Shown here piece by piece: positions 59,890 to 64,000 of a stretch of 64,000 nucleotides of DNA. Position 1 is the stretch's first letter; every line of letters starts with the position of its first letter. This DNA is from Mobula hypostoma (taxonomy: Eukaryota): the NCBI RefSeq assembly GCF_963921235.1, contig NC_086097.1, positions 59,026,001 through 59,090,000 on the forward strand, given 5' to 3'. The notes under the pieces were generated by a model that saw only the letters and a list, made by a program, of their open reading frames with translations, was not told where the DNA came from and did not search any database. The position numbers and the translations under genes were made by a program.

Positions 59890-62091
59890 TGGTGCCCCCA
59901 TAGTGACAAAAAGATCAAAGGAACATTTTAAGCAGCAGCCTTTTGTCGCCAAAGTACTTCAGTGTGAAGAAGCAATGGTTCAACTTTTTCATCATTATCT
60001 TGACATAACTGGCAAAATATTTTGCTGTTTAATGGATGAGCTTTTATTTTATTGATAGAAGATATTGCAAGAGTAATGCTTGAAATAAGTCACTGGCTGA
60101 GGTTTTTGGCTGTGAGATGTTGAAGATGAATTATGCAATGGATTGCAAACAGACTTGGAATTTCTTTTTTCATAAATGCCACTAAACCAGCATGATGACC
60201 CGTCTTATATAGTGCTCCATCCGTTGCACAAGAAATCATGTTCCAAGTTGGAATACTTTTAGCCTCAATATACATTTTGAGCTCATTGCAGATTGATTCT
60301 CTGTTGATAATTTGTTTTTAACTTTTCAGAAATGAGAATCTCTCCACAAACTTTTCCATTTTTAATAAACTGTACATATGCCATTAACAATGCATCATTG
60401 TCTTGCACAGTTGACTCATCCAGTTGCATCCCAAATTCTGTTTTTTGCAGCTTTGTGCATTGTTGATAGTCAATGTCTTCACTCAATGGGCTAAAGTGTT
60501 ATTACTCAGAGGAATTGATTTTGGAATATTGCATCTAGCTTGAGAACACTGGAGAGCATTTCTGATACAGCAGGCATTATTAATCTTTCACCAATTGTAT
60601 GAGTTTTTCCACACTTTGCTATCAATTTGGAAATGTTATAAGAAGCAATGAAACCTCTGTCAATATCACTTTTAGCTTCTTGGCAAATGACTGGAGTGTG
60701 CAATGCTTTTCAAATGCTTCTTTCACCTTCTGGAACTGAGTAGCACCATAAGTAGCCTTTCCAGTGTGTCCTTTACGGAAGTGTTCCTGCAATCTTGATG
60801 GTCTCATGGCTTCATTAGGCAGCACAAATAAGACACGTGGGCGTCACTGATCTGATGGGAATTGAATAAAACCATGCTCTAGATATGTAATCCAATCACA
60901 AACAAGAGAAAATCTGCAATGCTAAAAATCCAAACAACACATACAAAATGCTCAACAGGCCAGGCAGTGTCTATGGAAAAAAATACAGTCGATGTTGCAG
61001 GCTGAAACCCTTCATTGAGACTGAAGAAATAAAGATGAAGAGTCAGAATAAGAAGGCCTCATCTGTTTTCTCCAGTTCTGATGAAGGGTCTTGGGCCGAA
61101 ACGTACTCTTTTCCATAGATGCTGCCTGGTCTGCTGAGTTCCTCCAGAATTTTGTGTGTGTTGCTCCAGGGACATTATATTGACATGCTTTCTGTAGTTT
61201 CTGCTCCTTAGCAGGATTAGAGTTCAAGGCTTCACCCCTTTCAGACTCTTAGAGATCATGCTGTATGTACTTGTCCATCATTAACAGGGTTAAATTAAAA
61301 TAAAAAAACTAGCACAAACTGGAAATGCCGATCAGATGTTGACGATGGCAGCGAACTGACACGGATGGAATGATGGTAGCACAAAAGGAACAGTGAAAAC
61401 AGATGAATATGATCACAACAGCGAAAATAACATTGACAAGGATTCAGCTTGGAATATGAATGTTAGTCGGGATAGAGCTGGTGTTTGGCAAGCTACCGTT
61501 ATACTATTCCAGTTAGCATGTTTGACCAATCATATAAGGTCTCATAATCCCCAAAGATAGTTCTTGACTGCATGTATGAAGCCGAGGTCACTTTGAACAT
61601 ATCAAGAGAGTCCATGGGGTTGATAGATTCATTGATTGACTCTATTTCACCATTTGGTTCCGGCCAGTGCTGTATTGTTGCGTGACCTGTGATCTATAGA
61701 GAAAGTTGAGAGGGTGTACTTGACTTACTAACTGTTAAATTGTATGAACTCATTCCATGCCGCGAGTGAAGGGGAACTGTGGGGCACTCTGGTTGCTAAT
61801 TTATGCATCCCAAATAATATTTGTTTGGTCGGTTGAGATTGCCGAATTTCAGACACGTTGTGATAAGGAGTGCTCACTGCCTGTGGAGCTATGGTTCTTC
61901 TTGTGTTCCAGTGCCTCATCCTTTTTATTTTGGGAGTGCTTGCTCTACTAACGGTCAGTCAGGTCTTGTGCCTCAAGTTAGTGAGCCACTTATCTGCCCT
62001 CCCCCTATGAAGAATCTTGAAAGCCCCCTGACAACTTCTATTTCCCTCAACACCCCTTAGGATATGTAACCGCCCCCATTGGCAATCACTG
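59890..62091 (-). mobile_element. hAT Buster/Charlie-type transposon, 5' part
   Basis: NEAMRPSRLQEH (BED-finger region), GKTHTIGERLIMPA, QLDEST, CATDGA, AIHCIIH and LLHTEV remnants. Terminus ...ggcaatcactg at 62091 with flank ttctaaag (nnnTAnnn). Confidence 0.8.
60897..61165. mobile_element. Penelope pseudo-LTR insertion in inverted arrangement inside the hAT transposase
   Basis: Minus arm at about 60897-61030 and plus arm at about 61070-61165 (ctgatgaagggtcttgggccgaaacgtac). Confidence 0.8.
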
Positions 62092-62099
62092 TTCTAAAG

Positions 62100-62330
62100 T
62101 AATAATCATAATGATTTATTATTATTATTTCTTTTCTTCTCGTTCTTTCTGTATTTGCACATTCTTTTGCACATCGGTTGTTGTCCATCCTGTTGGATGT
62201 GGTCATTCATTGATTCTATTGTGATGCTTGAATTTACTGTGATTGTGTGCAAGAAAATCAATCTTAGGGTTATATATGGTGACATATATGTACTTTGATT
62301 ATAAATTTACTTTGAACTTTGAACTTTGCT
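62100..62330 (+). mobile_element. Rex1 3'UTR fragment
   Basis: gcaagaaaatcaatcttagggttatatatggtgacatatatgtactttga...(tttgaac)n tail. Confidence 0.75.
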
Positions 62331-63221
62331 TGCAGCTACTGCATTTTTATGAGGCAACTCTTTGATCAATTGTTTTGCACTAAGTTTAAATTTCATTGAC
62401 TTTCAGAATGTTACTTCACACAATAAAATAAGGTAGATGCTGAGATGTAAGAAAATCTTATTATTTCATTCCCACAGAGCTCTTGATATATGATCTACTA
62501 TTATAACTTGCCTTTGGTTAAAAGCAACAGTAAGTGTTCACGGTGACATGCAGTGAAAACTTACATCATAGTTCAGTACTAATGCTGTTATGTATAATAA
62601 CCTTCCGTTTTCAGATAACTGAAGTTTTATCCAAAGTGTTTTCTTCAGAAGACATGTAATATTAGATATCATATATGCCAAAAGAACAACTTTATGATCT
62701 CTTTGGCATTTTTCAATTGATGGTTATTCATCCAGCACAAAGCATAATAAGGTAAGCAGCAGATAGACCAAGTGAAATACTTCAAAACTTTCTACAAGTG
62801 TAACTGTCTGATTTGCATTAATTCAGGAACACAAATAGGAAATTACAGAAGATCTCAGTAGGCCAACTAGCGTGTGGAGAGAAAGACAGTCAACTTCTCA
62901 GATAAATGTCATTTCAGCAGAACTGAAAAAATGATAAATCAGCCATGCTTTAGGTGACAAAGAATGGGGGAACAGAGGGAGTACACTATATGTAACAGGG
63001 TGGGATCAAAAATCGTCCAGGTCAAACATGTTTCTAATGCTGCCAGTTGGTGAGAGGAAAGAATCTGAAGTATATTATGGCACTTTGAAAAGCAGAACAA
63101 AAGTTAATGGAAAATTAAAACTGAAGAAAATACTGGGAATTTCCAGCAGAATGGAGAAAAGCTGAGGAGATGGACAAAACCAAGTTAATGCTACTAGTAA
63201 ATTACCTTACAGCAGATAGTT

Positions 63222-63520
63222 GAGCCATCATTCGAGTCGCGTATGATGCTCTCCTGAAGGTTTGTCTATTGGTGGCTGCGGAGGCCAGTCCAGGGTCCAC
63301 GTATTCTGGGCAAGAGTATGTGGTGGCTGTGGTTAGTGGTTGGGTCTCCTTTCCCAGCTGCTGCTTGTTCTCTGTGGCACAGCGAAAGCCGTTCTCATGC
63401 AGCGCAGCTCCCTCTTGAATGGAATTCTGCTAAGTGTATCATCCCCATTTTTAGAGGTAATGTTGAATTTCTTCAGACATGGTAATGTTGATGTTCTCTT
63501 TGAAGGATTCCCTTTGTCCA
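63222..63520 (-). mobile_element. RTE LINE 3' fragment
   Basis: Minus-strand C-terminal remnant with a degenerate zinc-finger region and a short 3'UTR, comparable to 1-213. Confidence 0.6.
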
Positions 63521-64000
63521 CCAGGGGCTCACTGACCTTGCTTCAACTGGGAGTAAAGGATCTGTTTGGGGAAACATGAGTTAGGTATCTGAATGAGTAC
63601 AATGCATTAAAATATATTTGTTCAGTCCAGAAAATCAAATGCACCTGCAAAACATAAAAGATATTATATCTTTTTGAACAACAAGTTCAACAAGAATACG
63701 TAACAGCAATCTAATTTTAGTCAAGACAATGAAAACTTCAAAAAGTGAATTAAAATGAATAATTTAAATCTGGCAAATACTGTTGAAGATAATGTCTTCA
63801 ATGAGATATTCTCGGCTATAGTTTACTGTACTTTGAGCACTTTTAATCAGCCCTGGTTTGAAATACTGTATCTAACATTTTAATCTTATGAACCTTCATT
63901 GTTTCAATATTCAAATCTAATATTCATATGGTTAATATGGCAAAAGCTTTGTATCCCATAGTAAAGTGTAAGTTGTTGGAAGCATAATGGGTATTGAATT

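Noticed and set aside
21713..62091. Two hAT halves as one 40-kb element (3' end at 21713, 5' end at 62091, same strand)
   Set aside because: The 8-bp flanks differ (gtatagaa versus ttctaaag), so there is no shared TSD. Two independent truncated copies are more likely.

Overview
Eukaryotic, repeat-saturated intronic or intergenic DNA. The repeat repertoire (CR1, Rex1/Babar, RTE, V-SINE-like and Penelope-derived repeats) suggests a cartilaginous fish, possibly a ray; this is inference. No host protein-coding gene is supportable. Most of the window is layered transposon debris: a near full-length CR1 LINE (intact ORF1, disabled ORF2) nested in a Rex1 nested in an older CR1; two HERO-like and one R4/Dong-like restriction-like-endonuclease (RLE) retrotransposons; three decayed Gypsy elements; RTE LINEs and two bipartite RTE-derived elements; hAT-Buster and Tigger DNA transposons; and SINEs. 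The most interesting signals are: (1) an in-register U_UUA_AAC slippery heptamer directly before the CR1 ORF1 stop that leads into ORF2, a candidate -1 ribosomal frameshift; (2) a family of short Penelope pseudo-LTR insertions carrying minimal hammerhead ribozymes, with target-site duplications (TSDs) and inverted arrangements; (3) a variable 36-bp tandem repeat inside the RLE catalytic motif of two HERO copies; (4) a covarying RNA structure in RTE-derived elements; (5) a fold-back hairpin at an RTE 5' junction. All family assignments come from motifs read by eye, and element boundaries without a TSD or terminal repeat are approximate.
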